A stretch of DNA of 56,350 nt, taken from the NCBI GenBank assembly GCA_044866005.1, contig JBIOTN010000162.1:1-56350 (forward strand), in the 5' to 3' direction. Shown here one piece after another: positions 18,998-28,429 of this stretch. The notes beneath the pieces are model-generated. The model was not told the DNA's origin. It ran no database searches and saw only the letters and a program-made list of their open reading frames with translations. This DNA is from Candidatus Rokuibacteriota bacterium. Its GTDB lineage: Bacteria > Methylomirabilota > Methylomirabilia > Rokubacteriales > DASRDR01. Each line of letters starts with the position of its first letter. The first letter of the stretch is position 1. The position numbers and the translations under genes were made by a program.

Positions 18998-20242
18998 TCA
19001 GATTGCAGGCAGGTTGCAGGGGTTCTCCGCCTTCGTCGGCTGGATGAGCTCGAGGGACTGGCCGGCGGTCGGCACCGCCTCGACGATCTCGAAGATGTCC
19101 CACTGGTCGCGTGATTTCGCCTTGTCCTTCACCTTGACGACGTACATGGTCTGGAGGAGCTGGTGATCCCAGTCGCGGAACCACGCCTCCCGGCCCTTCA
19201 GGACGTCGAACTTCGCCCCCTTCTCGAAGTAGCGGACGAGATCGGCGCTCGCCGTGCTCTTGGTCTCGGCGATCGCCTGGAGCACGATGCGGATCCCCAC
19301 GTACTCCCCCCAGGCCTGGTTGTCGGGCGGCTTGCCGTAGCGCTTGACGAAGCGCTCCGCGAACTCGGGCGAGCCCTTCTCCTTGAGGTCGTGGTACCAG
19401 AGGCTCTGCCAGTACCCGCTCAGCGCGTCGATCCCGGCCGCCCAGAAGGGGACGGTGTCCATGACGCCGCCGGCCAGCGGGTAGGGGGCGCCGAACTCCC
19501 GGTACTGCTTGAGGAACGTCGTCTGGTCCGTGCCGGCGAGGTTCAGGTACACGAGGTCGGGCCTGATGCTGCGGAGCTTCACGATGTAGGAGGAGTAGTC
19601 CAGCGTGCCGGTCGGGATCATGTCGTTCCCGAGGTTCGTGCCGCCCTGCTCGGCGAGGAACTTCGACGAGACGCGATAGAGGTCGTGACCGAAGGCGTAG
19701 TCCGCGGTGAGGAAGTACCAGCGGGCCCCTCGGATCTTGCCCTCCCGGGCCTGCCAGAGGCCGATGGTCTTGGTGTACATCGTGTTGCACCCTTCCACGT
19801 GGAAGAGGTAGCGCTGGCAGCGGGCGCCGCGTCCCTCGTCGGAGTTCCAGCCCGTGTTGACGTAGATGATCCGGGCCCGCTGGGCGACCTCGCTGATCGC
19901 GAGGCCCGAGGCGCTCGAGATCTCGCCGATCAGGAAGGCGGCGCGGTCGCGCTCGATGAGCTTCTGAGCCTTGGTCACGGCGACGCCGGGGTTCGGGGTA
20001 TCCTCGCTGACGAGCTCGACCTTCCGGCCCAGGACCCCGCCCGCGGCGTTGGCCTCGTCCACCGCCATCTGCGCCGCCGTGTAGGCGTAGGCCCCGAGCG
20101 GTCCCAGAAAGCCGGTGCGCGGGGTGAGGTGCCCCACCTTGATCGTCTCTTGAGCCCGGAGGATCGCGGGGAACCCGAGGGCGCCGGCCGCTGCCGCTGC
20201 CCTCACGCCGATCTTCAGTACGTCGCGCCGAGTCGCGTCCAT
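18998..20242 (-). CDS. ABC substrate-binding protein (LivJ-like, Peripla_BP_6) with Tat signal
   Basis: TRRDVLK twin-arginine motif, GGVLGRKVEL, DYAFGH. Confidence 0.9.
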   Translation of the reverse strand: MDATRRDVLKIGVRAAAAAGALGFPAILRAQETIKVGHLTPRTGFLGPLGAYAYTAAQMAVDEANAAGGVLGRKVELVSEDTPNPGVAVTKAQKLIERDRAAFLIGEISSASGLAISEVAQRARIIYVNTGWNSDEGRGARCQRYLFHVEGCNTMYTKTIGLWQAREGKIRGARWYFLTADYAFGHDLYRVSSKFLAEQGGTNLGNDMIPTGTLDYSSYIVKLRSIRPDLVYLNLAGTDQTTFLKQYREFGAPYPLAGGVMDTVPFWAAGIDALSGYWQSLWYHDLKEKGSPEFAERFVKRYGKPPDNQAWGEYVGIRIVLQAIAETKSTASADLVRYFEKGAKFDVLKGREAWFRDWDHQLLQTMYVVKVKDKAKSRDQWDIFEIVEAVPTAGQSLELIQPTKAENPCNLPAI

Positions 20243-20313
20243 GTGGTCTCCTTCCCCGGGAACGCCAGGTCACTCCCCGATGCCCGGCACGATGGCATGG
20301 GCGTGCGGGTGTG

Positions 20314-20934
20314 TCAACGCCCGGGCGGCGCGGCCCAGGGCGGGCGCGGGCGCGAGACGTGGCGGCTGCCGCGGATCCAGAAGCGGAGCGGGAGATCGGT
20401 CGCGCGGGTGATGCCGACGCGCGGGCCGGCCGCCACCGCCGGCCCGCCCGGCGGGCCGGACCCGTCGGCAGCCGGGCCGGGCGGCTCGATCGTGAGGCGC
20501 CCGCGCGTGAGGTCGGCGCCGTTGTCCGCCAGCGTGATCGCGAGCGCCTCCGTGAGCTTCGCGGGGCCATTCGTGAGCCCGACCGCCGCCGCCGGGAGGC
20601 GCCGCCGCCGGGCCATCGTGGCGGCTCCGCGGGTCGGCTCGAGCGCCCGGATCAGCACGCAGCCCGGGGTCCCCGGGCGGCCCGTGATCGCGTTCAAGCA
20701 GGCGTGGAGGCCGTACGCGAGGAACACGTAGGCGACGCCGCCGGGGCCGTAGAAGAGGTCGTGCGACGACGGGCGGAACGCGGCATGCGAGGCGGCGTCC
20801 TCGGGACCGAGGTAGGCCTCGGTCTCCACGATCCGGCCCGCGGTGACGGCGCCCCCGACGCGCGAGACGAGGACACAGCCCAGGAGGTCCCGCGCCACCT
20901 CCGGCGCCGGCCGCAGGTAGAAGGCGCGGGGCAA
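20314..20934 (-). CDS. mpg: DNA-3-methyladenine glycosylase; start approximate
   Basis: GRIVETEAYLG, YVFLAYGLHACLN, VLIRALEP, NGPAKL, RVGIT. Confidence 0.9.
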   Translation of the reverse strand: MPRAFYLRPAPEVARDLLGCVLVSRVGGAVTAGRIVETEAYLGPEDAASHAAFRPSSHDLFYGPGGVAYVFLAYGLHACLNAITGRPGTPGCVLIRALEPTRGAATMARRRRLPAAAVGLTNGPAKLTEALAITLADNGADLTRGRLTIEPPGPAADGSGPPGGPAVAAGPRVGITRATDLPLRFWIRGSRHVSRPRPPWAAPPGR

Positions 20935-20963
20935 GGGGGCCCGGGCCCGGCCGCGCCGGACGG

Positions 20964-21467
20964 TCAGGGCTTCAGGCGACGGAGGACCGCCTCGAGCGCG
21001 TCGCTCGCGTCCTGGCGTTCCCGCAGCAGCCCGTCGTAGCGGTCGCGAAGCGTGTGGAGCAGGCGTGAGGTCTTCTCCTGCTCCTCCGCCAGCCCGGCGT
21101 GCGCCGCCCGGACCTCCGTCAGCGTGCGACTGGTCGTCTCGTGCTCCGCGGCGAGCGCCGCGTGGGCTGCGACGAGCTCGGCGAGCCCGCGGGTGGTCCT
21201 CTCGTGTTCCGCGGCGAGGGCGGCGTGAGCCGCGCGGAGCTCGGCGAGCTCGCGGGCGACCCGCCCGTCCTCTTCCCGCAGGCGCTCGTGGCTGGCCTCG
21301 AGGGCCCGGTGTTCCGAGCCGATCGCCTGGAATCGGGTCTGGAGCTCCTCGTGCTCGCGGCCGAGCGTCTCCATGACGTCGATGAACCGGCTCATCTCGG
21401 CCACGATCCGGCGCACGACCTCGACGGCTGACCTCAGCTCGCCGACGTTCAGCTCTCCAATGGACAT
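20964..21467 (-). CDS. hypothetical coiled-coil protein with 21-aa His-containing repeats
   Basis: GGAGAGG RBS; LAELRAAHAALAAEHERTTRG-like unit three times. Confidence 0.75.
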   Translation of the reverse strand: MSIGELNVGELRSAVEVVRRIVAEMSRFIDVMETLGREHEELQTRFQAIGSEHRALEASHERLREEDGRVARELAELRAAHAALAAEHERTTRGLAELVAAHAALAAEHETTSRTLTEVRAAHAGLAEEQEKTSRLLHTLRDRYDGLLRERQDASDALEAVLRRLKP

Positions 21468-21765
21468 CCGCCTCTCCCGTCGTCGCCGCCGGCGGCCGGC
21501 CGGCGTGTGAGCGCCCCGTCGCGTCAGGTGTGACGGCATCCTTCCTTATCAAGCCCGAGCCGGGCCGTCAAGGGCGACCTCCATCGAGCCGTGGGCACGC
21601 GGCTTGCTCGCACCGGATCGTCGAGGCTCGGGCTGGCTCGCCGGCGGCGCGGGCGCGTCATTGGGGACGCGGGAGGCGGGCGCCGCCGCGCCGCGGGTGG
21701 GCGGCTGGCGATGGATACGGCGTGTGCCCACGCGCTGACGGCGCGCGGGGCGAGGGGGGGGCGTC

Positions 21766-22080
21766 ATGGCCAGGGGAGGCATCGGCAGGCTGGCAAGGGC
21801 GATCGTATTCGCGCTCGCGGCGCAGGGAGTCATCGCGGCCGCGGCCCCGGCATCGGAGCCGCCCGGCGTGCCGCCACCCGGGCGTCGACAGGCGACGGAT
21901 CCGGAGGCCCGCGCCGCGCGGCGCCGCTGGGCGCTCGCCAAGATGGACGAGATGGCGAACGAGGCCCGGCGCTGTCCCGAGCGCTTCACGGTCCGGCGTC
22001 AGGTCGAGGAGTGCCGGGCGGAGTACGAGCGTCGCCTCCGCCTGTACAACGAGGTGTACATCGAGGCGTCGCGCGAGTGA
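21766..22080 (+). CDS. hypothetical exported helical protein
   Basis: signal-like N-terminus, two Cys, fills gap between neighbours. Confidence 0.6.
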   Translation: MARGGIGRLARAIVFALAAQGVIAAAAPASEPPGVPPPGRRQATDPEARAARRRWALAKMDEMANEARRCPERFTVRRQVEECRAEYERRLRLYNEVYIEASRE

Positions 22081-22138
22081 GGCGGGGGCGTCGGCCACGG
22101 CGGCGCGACGAGGGCTCGAGGCCCTTCCGAGAGCCGAC

Positions 22139-23170
22139 CTAGCTGGTCAGGTCGACCAGGACCTTCATCACCGGGCCGCCGCCCAGCGCCTGCTCCATGC
22201 CCTGCTGGAGCGCCTCCAGCGGGATCCGCCGGCTGACCAGCGGCCCCAGCGGCACGGCGCCCGAGGCGGCGAGCCGGATCGCCTCCTCCCAGTCCGCGCG
22301 CGCGTAGAGGCGGCTCCCGTGCATGCTGAGCTCGCGCGCGAACATGCGATAGAGGTTCACCGGCATCGGCTCCGCATGGATCGCCACGAGGCTGATCGTC
22401 CCCCACACGCGCACCACGTCGGTCACGAGTCGTACCGCGGCGGGGTTCCCCGTGACCTCGAAGGCGACATCCACGCCGTCGCCGCCCGTCCACTCCTCGG
22501 CGAAGCGGACGACGTCCGCTTCGGGGCCGATCGTCTGGAGCCCGAGCCCGGCCAGGAGCTGCACGCGGTGCGGGTTGATCTCGGCGACCGCGACCCGGGC
22601 ACCGCGGTGGCGGCACACCAGGGCGATGAGGGCGCCGATCGGGCCGCCGCCGAAGACGAGCACCGCGTCGCTGGCCCGCACCTCGGCGCGCCGGACGTCG
22701 TGGGTGGCGACGGCGAGCGGCTCGATGAGGGCCGCCTGGTCGTCGGGGAGCGAGTCGGGCACCCTGATGAGCCGCGCGGCGGGCACGGCCCAGTACTCCT
22801 GCATGCCGCCGGGCAGGTCCACCCCGAGCACCTTGAGGTCGTAGCAGATGTAGGAGGCGCCGAGCCGGCAGGCGCGGCATTTCCCGCAGAAGGCGAGCGG
22901 CTCCACGACCACCCGGTCGCCCCGCTCCAACACGCTCTCGGGCGGCGCCTCGGCGACCTCGGCGAACGTCTCGTGCCCGATGACGCCGCCTCGCGGGACG
23001 CGGTGGTCGAGGTGGCCCTGATAGATGTGGAGGTCGGTCCCGCAGATCCCGACCCGCCGGACCCGGAGCAGCGCCTGCCCCGGCTCCGGCCGCGGGACGG
23101 GCACCGTTCCCGGCTGGAAGCGCCTCGCGCCCTGGTAGAACTGCGCCCGCATCGTTCGGCCCGTCGTCAT
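22139..23170 (-). CDS. zinc-dependent alcohol/polyol dehydrogenase (MDR)
   Basis: GICGTDLH, GHE, CGKCRAC..C, GGGPIG. Confidence 0.92.
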   Translation of the reverse strand: MTTGRTMRAQFYQGARRFQPGTVPVPRPEPGQALLRVRRVGICGTDLHIYQGHLDHRVPRGGVIGHETFAEVAEAPPESVLERGDRVVVEPLAFCGKCRACRLGASYICYDLKVLGVDLPGGMQEYWAVPAARLIRVPDSLPDDQAALIEPLAVATHDVRRAEVRASDAVLVFGGGPIGALIALVCRHRGARVAVAEINPHRVQLLAGLGLQTIGPEADVVRFAEEWTGGDGVDVAFEVTGNPAAVRLVTDVVRVWGTISLVAIHAEPMPVNLYRMFARELSMHGSRLYARADWEEAIRLAASGAVPLGPLVSRRIPLEALQQGMEQALGGGPVMKVLVDLTS

Positions 23171-23754
23171 GGCGAGTCCTCGCGCGCTCGCCGAGCCCGA
23201 CGGGCCTCGCCGACGCGCAGCATCGCGACGTAGAGGTGATGCGCTTCGTGGAGAAGGAAGAACTCGAGCCACTGCGCCACGGTGAGCTCGCCGAACGTCG
23301 GATGGCGCCCGGTCCGCGCGGCGTCGGCCGGGGTCAGCGACGCCACCCACGACAGCAGTCGGCGCCGCGTGTCGGCCAGCCGCACCAGGACCTCCGCGAG
23401 CGGCAGGCGGGATCGCGCCGGCCACTCGGGGTCCTCCTCCGCGCGGTACCGGCCGAGGTCAGGGCGGTCCTCCCGCCGGATCCGCTCCAACCGCTCGAGG
23501 AAGGCCTCCGCGTGCCGGGCGAGGTGGGCCAGATTTTCCCGTGCCGACCACTCCCCGGAGGACGGGCGGGCCTCGACGCCGTGGGGCGGCGCCGCGGCCA
23601 GGACGGCCGGGAGCGCGTCGAGCTGGGTGGTGAGTCGCGCGAGGAGGCTCGGCGGGACGCTCGGCGGCGAACCGGCGCGGGGGCGCGGCACGGCCCGTGC
23701 GGCGCGGCGAGGGGGGCCGCCCGAAGCGGGCTTCGGGGCCTTCCGCTTGGCCAT
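23167..23754 (-). CDS. DinB-family protein
   Basis: WSARENLAHL, HEAHH. Confidence 0.85.
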   Translation of the reverse strand: MAKRKAPKPASGGPPRRAARAVPRPRAGSPPSVPPSLLARLTTQLDALPAVLAAAPPHGVEARPSSGEWSARENLAHLARHAEAFLERLERIRREDRPDLGRYRAEEDPEWPARSRLPLAEVLVRLADTRRRLLSWVASLTPADAARTGRHPTFGELTVAQWLEFFLLHEAHHLYVAMLRVGEARRARRAREDSP

Positions 23755-23815
23755 GGTCCTCGAGGGGGGAGTGTGCTCCGCCCCGTGGCGGCTGTCCAGG
23801 GCGGGCGGTCGCTCG

Positions 23816-24850
23816 TCAGCCGCCGCCGAGCTCCTTCCGCACCAGCCGGGTCCCGGCGGCCAGGGCGCGGATCTTCCCGTTCGCCATCGCGCGCGGGCTC
23901 CAGCCGAAGCCGCAGTCGGGGTTCACCGAGAGCCGCTCCGCGGGCCAGACCTTCAGGACCCGCCGGATCCGATCGGCCACGTCTTCCGCCGTCTCGGGGT
24001 AGAACCCCTTGACGTCCACGACGCCGGCGCCCAGCTCGCGTCCCTCGGTCGCGTACTGCGCCCAGAGGTCGAGCTCGGCCATCTCGCGCCCCGCGAACTC
24101 GAGGACGAACTGGTCGCAGCGCGCTTCGAGAAGACCGGGGAGATACGGACGATACGTCCGGTTGAAGCGCGAGCGGCCGAATCGGTTGCCGAAGCAGACG
24201 TGGAAGGCGAGCTTCGCCCGGACGCCGTCGGTCGCCCGGTTGAACAGTCGCGCCATCTCCTGCCCGGTGACGTTGCCGCGCGCCGGCTCGTCGATCTGGA
24301 TGAAGTCGGCCCCGGCGGCGACGAGGCCCTTGAGCTCCCGGTTGACCACCTCCGCGAACCGCTCGGCGACGTCGACCACCCCCTTGTAGACGCGCCCCGG
24401 GTGGATCCGGGAGCCGAAGGTCAGCGGCCCGGCGCACGTGGCCTTCGTCGCGCGTGTGGTGTGCGCGCGCAGGTACTCGAACTCCTTGACGATGCCGAGC
24501 CCGCCCTCGGGGACCTCGATCGGCCCCACGGCCTCGTAGCGCGTCTGCTGGTCGTATCCCCAGGGGCCGACCTTGCGCCGGGCCGGGTACGGCTGGATCC
24601 CCTGGACGATCGCGTAGTAGGAGTCGACGTAGCCGTCGAGCCGCCGGACCTCGCCGTCGGTGATGACGTCGAGCCCGGCGCGCTCCATGTCGCGGATGGC
24701 GGTGTCGGCGGCGTCGTCCAGCATCTCGTCGAGGTCCGCGGGCCCGAGCTCGCCGGCTTCCCAGGCCTTCACGGCGACGTACCACCAGCCGGGCTTTCCG
24801 TGGGAGCCGACGACGGAGGCCGGGAGGAGCGGCGTCGGGGGGTCCGTCAT
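23816..24850 (-). CDS. cobalamin-independent methionine synthase catalytic-domain protein (Meth_synt_2, short form)
   Basis: VVGSH, TDGEVRR, IQIDEP, HVCFGN, LEFA, NPDCG. Confidence 0.88.
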   Translation of the reverse strand: MTDPPTPLLPASVVGSHGKPGWWYVAVKAWEAGELGPADLDEMLDDAADTAIRDMERAGLDVITDGEVRRLDGYVDSYYAIVQGIQPYPARRKVGPWGYDQQTRYEAVGPIEVPEGGLGIVKEFEYLRAHTTRATKATCAGPLTFGSRIHPGRVYKGVVDVAERFAEVVNRELKGLVAAGADFIQIDEPARGNVTGQEMARLFNRATDGVRAKLAFHVCFGNRFGRSRFNRTYRPYLPGLLEARCDQFVLEFAGREMAELDLWAQYATEGRELGAGVVDVKGFYPETAEDVADRIRRVLKVWPAERLSVNPDCGFGWSPRAMANGKIRALAAGTRLVRKELGGG

Positions 24851-24868
24851 GGTCGCTCCGGTTCCGCG

Positions 24869-25696
24869 TCAGAAGCTGAGCTTGTCGCCCGGGTTGAGCG
24901 GGAAGACCTGCGTGGTGGCCTGTCCCAGCGCGCTCTGGTACTCCTGCGGCGTGCCCCGCAGGACCGGGAACGTCCCGTAGTGGATGGGGATGGCGTAGCG
25001 GGGCTTGAGGAGCTCCTTCGTCGCGTAGGCGGCGTCCCGCGGATCCATCACGAAGTGGCCGCCGATCGGGATCAGGACGAGATCGGGCTTGTAGTACTCG
25101 CCGATGAGCCGCATGTCGCCGAAGAGCCCGGTGTCGCCCATGTGGTAGAGCTTGAACCCGTTCTCGAACTGGATGACGAACCCGGCCGGCTCCCCGCCGG
25201 GGTAGGTCGTGCTCTTCTTGGTGACCGGGTCGGTGACCGTCACCTCCGAGGAGTGCTCGGCGCGGACCTGGGTGATGCGGATCTGCGGCCCCAGCGGCGT
25301 CACCGTGCCGCCCTTGCCGAACCGGACGCCCTGCTCCGCGCTCACCCAGCCCAGCTCCATCATCGTCGCGATCAGCCCGGCCGGTCCGAAGACCTTGGCG
25401 CCGGTCCGCGCGGCCAGCTCTTTCACGTCGCCGACGTGGTCCCCGTGCCCGTGCGTCACGAGGATCACGTCCACCTTGCCCAGCGCGTCGAGGTTCTTGT
25501 AGGCCGCCGGCGTCTTGGGGTTCTGGGTCAGGAAGGGATCGATGACGATCACCTTGCCCGAGGGGGTCGTGATCTTCGTGGCCGCCTGGCCGAGCCACAG
25601 GATCTCGACCTTGGCGTCCTGCGCGAAGCCGCGCTGGACGGTCAGGGTGTACGTGAGCGCTCCGGCCGTGAGTCCGAGGAATCGCCGTCGATCCAT
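24869..25696 (-). CDS. metallo-beta-lactamase-fold hydrolase (UPF0173-like) with Tat signal
   Basis: DRRRFLG, IDPFL, THGHGDH, YHMGDT, IPIHYGTF. Confidence 0.9.
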   Translation of the reverse strand: MDRRRFLGLTAGALTYTLTVQRGFAQDAKVEILWLGQAATKITTPSGKVIVIDPFLTQNPKTPAAYKNLDALGKVDVILVTHGHGDHVGDVKELAARTGAKVFGPAGLIATMMELGWVSAEQGVRFGKGGTVTPLGPQIRITQVRAEHSSEVTVTDPVTKKSTTYPGGEPAGFVIQFENGFKLYHMGDTGLFGDMRLIGEYYKPDLVLIPIGGHFVMDPRDAAYATKELLKPRYAIPIHYGTFPVLRGTPQEYQSALGQATTQVFPLNPGDKLSF

Positions 25697-25702
25697 CGCC
25701 GT

Positions 25703-27175
25703 TCAGTCTCCTTCCCGCTGGCCCGGGCGCGTCCCGGCCGGAGCCTCCGGCCGGACGTCGCGGCCCAGGAAATAGTTGAGCCAGGACGAGCTCCCGTGGA
25801 GCGACCGGTCGGGCGGCGGCACGTACACGGAGAGCCCGTCCAGCCGGTCCGTTCGCCTGGCATGCTCGTAGACCTCGAGCCAGATGCACGGCTTCCGCTC
25901 CACCTCGCACCAGCCGTCGCTCGAGCCGCCGCACGCCCCGTTCCGCTGGTCCTTGGGACAGGTCATCGGGCAGACGTACTCCATGTAGGAGAGGACACAG
26001 TTGCCACACTCCTTGCAGCCGAAGGCGGGGATCTTCACCGCCTGCTCGACCGTCCGCGTCAGCGTCACCAGCCCGGGCCGCCGGTCGACGGCGGCCGCGA
26101 CGCGGCGCAGGAGGCCGTGGAGCCGCGTGCCGGGGAGCGGGGCGAGGCGGCTCGCCGCGTCGAAGAGCCGGTGGCGCCCCGTGGACACGCGCCACCACCG
26201 CCGCTCGGGGGCGCCGCGCTCGAAGAGGAAGAAGCCTTCGCGGCGCCCGGGGGCGAGCGCCTCCGCGGCGCTCTTCCACTGGGGGACGAGCGCCTCGGCC
26301 CGCCCGAGCAGCTCGCCCAGCTCGCGCGGCCGGCGCGTGAGCCCGACCAGGTAGACGCCGGCATACCCGAGCCCGCGGAGCACCGCGATGAGCTGAGCGG
26401 TCCGCTCCAGGGCGGCCGCCCGCCCGCCGTCGGGCGCGGCGGACTCGCGCCGGACCGCGGCCAGGAGCGCCGGGGCGATGGTGCAGCCGGCCAGCTCGCC
26501 GGCCGCGATCTTCTCGGCCACGCGGCGCGTGAGTACCGCCACGCAGCCCACGAGGGGCAAGCCCGGACACTGCTCGTCCCGGTAGCGCGACAGCTCCGCG
26601 AACTTCGCGACGTCGAAGCCCAGCTGGGTGATGGCGACGTCCGCGCCCGCCGCGCGCTTCTTCCCGAGCTTCAGGTACTGGAGCATGGTCTCCGCTTCCG
26701 TGTACTTGAAGGGGGAGACCGCCACCGCCACGTGGAAGGGAAACCCCGCCGCCCGGCGTTCGGCGATGAGCGCGGTGAGCTGGACCGAGTCGACGTCGAA
26801 GCGGGGGCGGACCCGGGTCTGCTCGGCCGGCCAGTCGCCCGTCATCGCGAAGACGTTCTCGAGCCCCAGCGCCTGGAGGCGGTCGAGGTCGCGCGCCAGG
26901 CCCCGGCGGTCCATCCAGACGCAGGTGAGGTGGACGTTCGGCGTGAGCCCGACGTCGGCGACCGCGCGCGCCACCGGGATGGGGTCCTCGCCGGGATGAC
27001 CGCCGGCGTTGCTCGTGATGCTCGCCGCGGCGAGCTGCGGGATGGCCGTGAGCGCCGCGGCCGCGCGGACGTGCTCCGCCAGCCGGCTGCCTCGGCCGGG
27101 CGTGATCTCGACCATCACGACCGTCTGGCCGCGGGCCAGCCGCTGCCGGAGCTGGTTGACGACGACGCGGTTCAT
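25703..27175 (-). CDS. metF: methylenetetrahydrofolate reductase fused to Cys-rich MTHFR_C (MetV-like) domain
   Basis: HLTC, TGD, ITQLGFD; C-terminal CKECGNC..CPMTCPK..NGACGG..CEV..CIW. Confidence 0.85.
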   Translation of the reverse strand: MNRVVVNQLRQRLARGQTVVMVEITPGRGSRLAEHVRAAAALTAIPQLAAASITSNAGGHPGEDPIPVARAVADVGLTPNVHLTCVWMDRRGLARDLDRLQALGLENVFAMTGDWPAEQTRVRPRFDVDSVQLTALIAERRAAGFPFHVAVAVSPFKYTEAETMLQYLKLGKKRAAGADVAITQLGFDVAKFAELSRYRDEQCPGLPLVGCVAVLTRRVAEKIAAGELAGCTIAPALLAAVRRESAAPDGGRAAALERTAQLIAVLRGLGYAGVYLVGLTRRPRELGELLGRAEALVPQWKSAAEALAPGRREGFFLFERGAPERRWWRVSTGRHRLFDAASRLAPLPGTRLHGLLRRVAAAVDRRPGLVTLTRTVEQAVKIPAFGCKECGNCVLSYMEYVCPMTCPKDQRNGACGGSSDGWCEVERKPCIWLEVYEHARRTDRLDGLSVYVPPPDRSLHGSSSWLNYFLGRDVRPEAPAGTRPGQREGD

Positions 27176-28197
27176 CGTCCCGTCAGGTCGCGCCGGACGA
27201 GGGCCGTCCCTTCGACCATCGCGCGGAGCTTCCGAAACGCCACGTCCTGCGGCACGTGGAGCAGGCCGCAGTCGGGGTTCACGTGGAGGCGCTCGGGTGG
27301 CAGGACGTCGAGCGCGCCGCGGATCCGCTCCGCGACGGTCGCCGGCGACTCGACGTCGGCCGACTTCACGTCGATCACGCCCAGCCCGAGCTCGAACGGG
27401 CACTTCCACTCACGGAAGAGGGCCAGCTCCTCGTAGCCGCGGCGGGCGAACTCGAGGGTGAGCTGGTGGACGTGGGCCTCGAGGATGCGGGGAAAGAGAT
27501 AGCGGTAGGAGCCCTCCCAGGTCGGCTTGCCGTAGCGGTTGCCGTAGCAGACGTGGAGACCGATCTTCGCGTCGACCCCGTCGACCATCGCGTTGAGGAC
27601 GCGGACGCCCCACTCCAGGTCCTCGGGAAAGCCGGAGTAGTAGGGCTCGTCGATCTGGATGATCGTCGCGCCCGCTCGGGCGAGGTCCCGCAGCTCCATG
27701 TTCAGGAGCCGGGCCAGGTCGAGCGCGAGCGCTTCCTCGCTCGGATAGTGCTCGTTGCGGACGCGCTTGGTCAGACAGTGCGGCCCGGTCACCGTGAACT
27801 TGACCGCGCGGTCGGTGTTCCGGAGGAGGAACTGGAGGTCGGCTCCGAGCCGGAGCGGCGCGGTGGGGATCTTGCCCCGGACCGCGGCGTCGTAGAAGTC
27901 GTAGTAGAAGCGCTTGGAAGCGTGGTCGACGTGGACGCCCGGCAGCCGCGCGACGAAGTAGTCGACCATGTTGTCGCGTCGCAGCTCGCCGTCGGTGACG
28001 ATGTCGAGGCCCGCCATCTCCTGGTCCTTGATGGCGGCCTTCACCACGGCGTCGTGGATCTCGTCGAGCTCGTGGGCGCTGATCCGGCGGAGGAAGAAGT
28101 CGGTCTTCAGGCGCTCGAGCCAGCCAGGCATCGCGTAGGAGCCCACGCCGGTCGTCGGCAGGAGGGGCAGGGGCGGGCCGTCCACCGGGAGGCTCAC
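27172..28197 (-). CDS. second short methionine synthase catalytic-domain protein (Meth_synt_2)
   Basis: GVGSY, TDGELRR, IQIDEP, HVCYGN, LEFA, NPDCGL. Confidence 0.88.
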   Translation of the reverse strand: MSLPVDGPPLPLLPTTGVGSYAMPGWLERLKTDFFLRRISAHELDEIHDAVVKAAIKDQEMAGLDIVTDGELRRDNMVDYFVARLPGVHVDHASKRFYYDFYDAAVRGKIPTAPLRLGADLQFLLRNTDRAVKFTVTGPHCLTKRVRNEHYPSEEALALDLARLLNMELRDLARAGATIIQIDEPYYSGFPEDLEWGVRVLNAMVDGVDAKIGLHVCYGNRYGKPTWEGSYRYLFPRILEAHVHQLTLEFARRGYEELALFREWKCPFELGLGVIDVKSADVESPATVAERIRGALDVLPPERLHVNPDCGLLHVPQDVAFRKLRAMVEGTALVRRDLTGR

Positions 28198-28239
28198 GTC
28201 CGTGCCGCGCCGGGCCGGGACCACGTCGCATCCCGGCGT

Positions 28240-28398
28240 CGCCGCGGGTCCTGTCGCCGGCTTGCCCCGGTCCGACCGGGCTCCGTCACCCGTTCGCGCC
28301 CTCCCACAGTTCTGGCGAACTGCGGGAGGAGCGCGAAGGGGTCCCACTGCGCCCGGCCGGCTGCGGGGCGCCGCCGGCGCCACCCGCGGCGGCGTCCG
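28240..28398 (-). repeat. split copy of a 44-nt element with a 115-nt insert containing a long hairpin
   Basis: flanks match 44072-44092 (20/21) and 44093-44115 (23/23). Confidence 0.75.
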
Positions 28399-28429
28399 CT
28401 CCGCCAGCGGCTGATCATCGCCACTCGTC

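Noticed and set aside
23282..27436. 1384-aa plus-strand ORF and similar long ORFs (31079-34906, 47026-50073, 15432-18131)
   Set aside because: Antisense to well-supported genes, no motifs; expected from stop-codon scarcity at high GC
28198..28429. cobalamin or SAM riboswitch upstream of the methionine synthase gene
   Set aside because: No GGGAA/B12-box arrangement or SAM-I ATC(C/A)AGAG core seen; flanks recur at an unrelated locus
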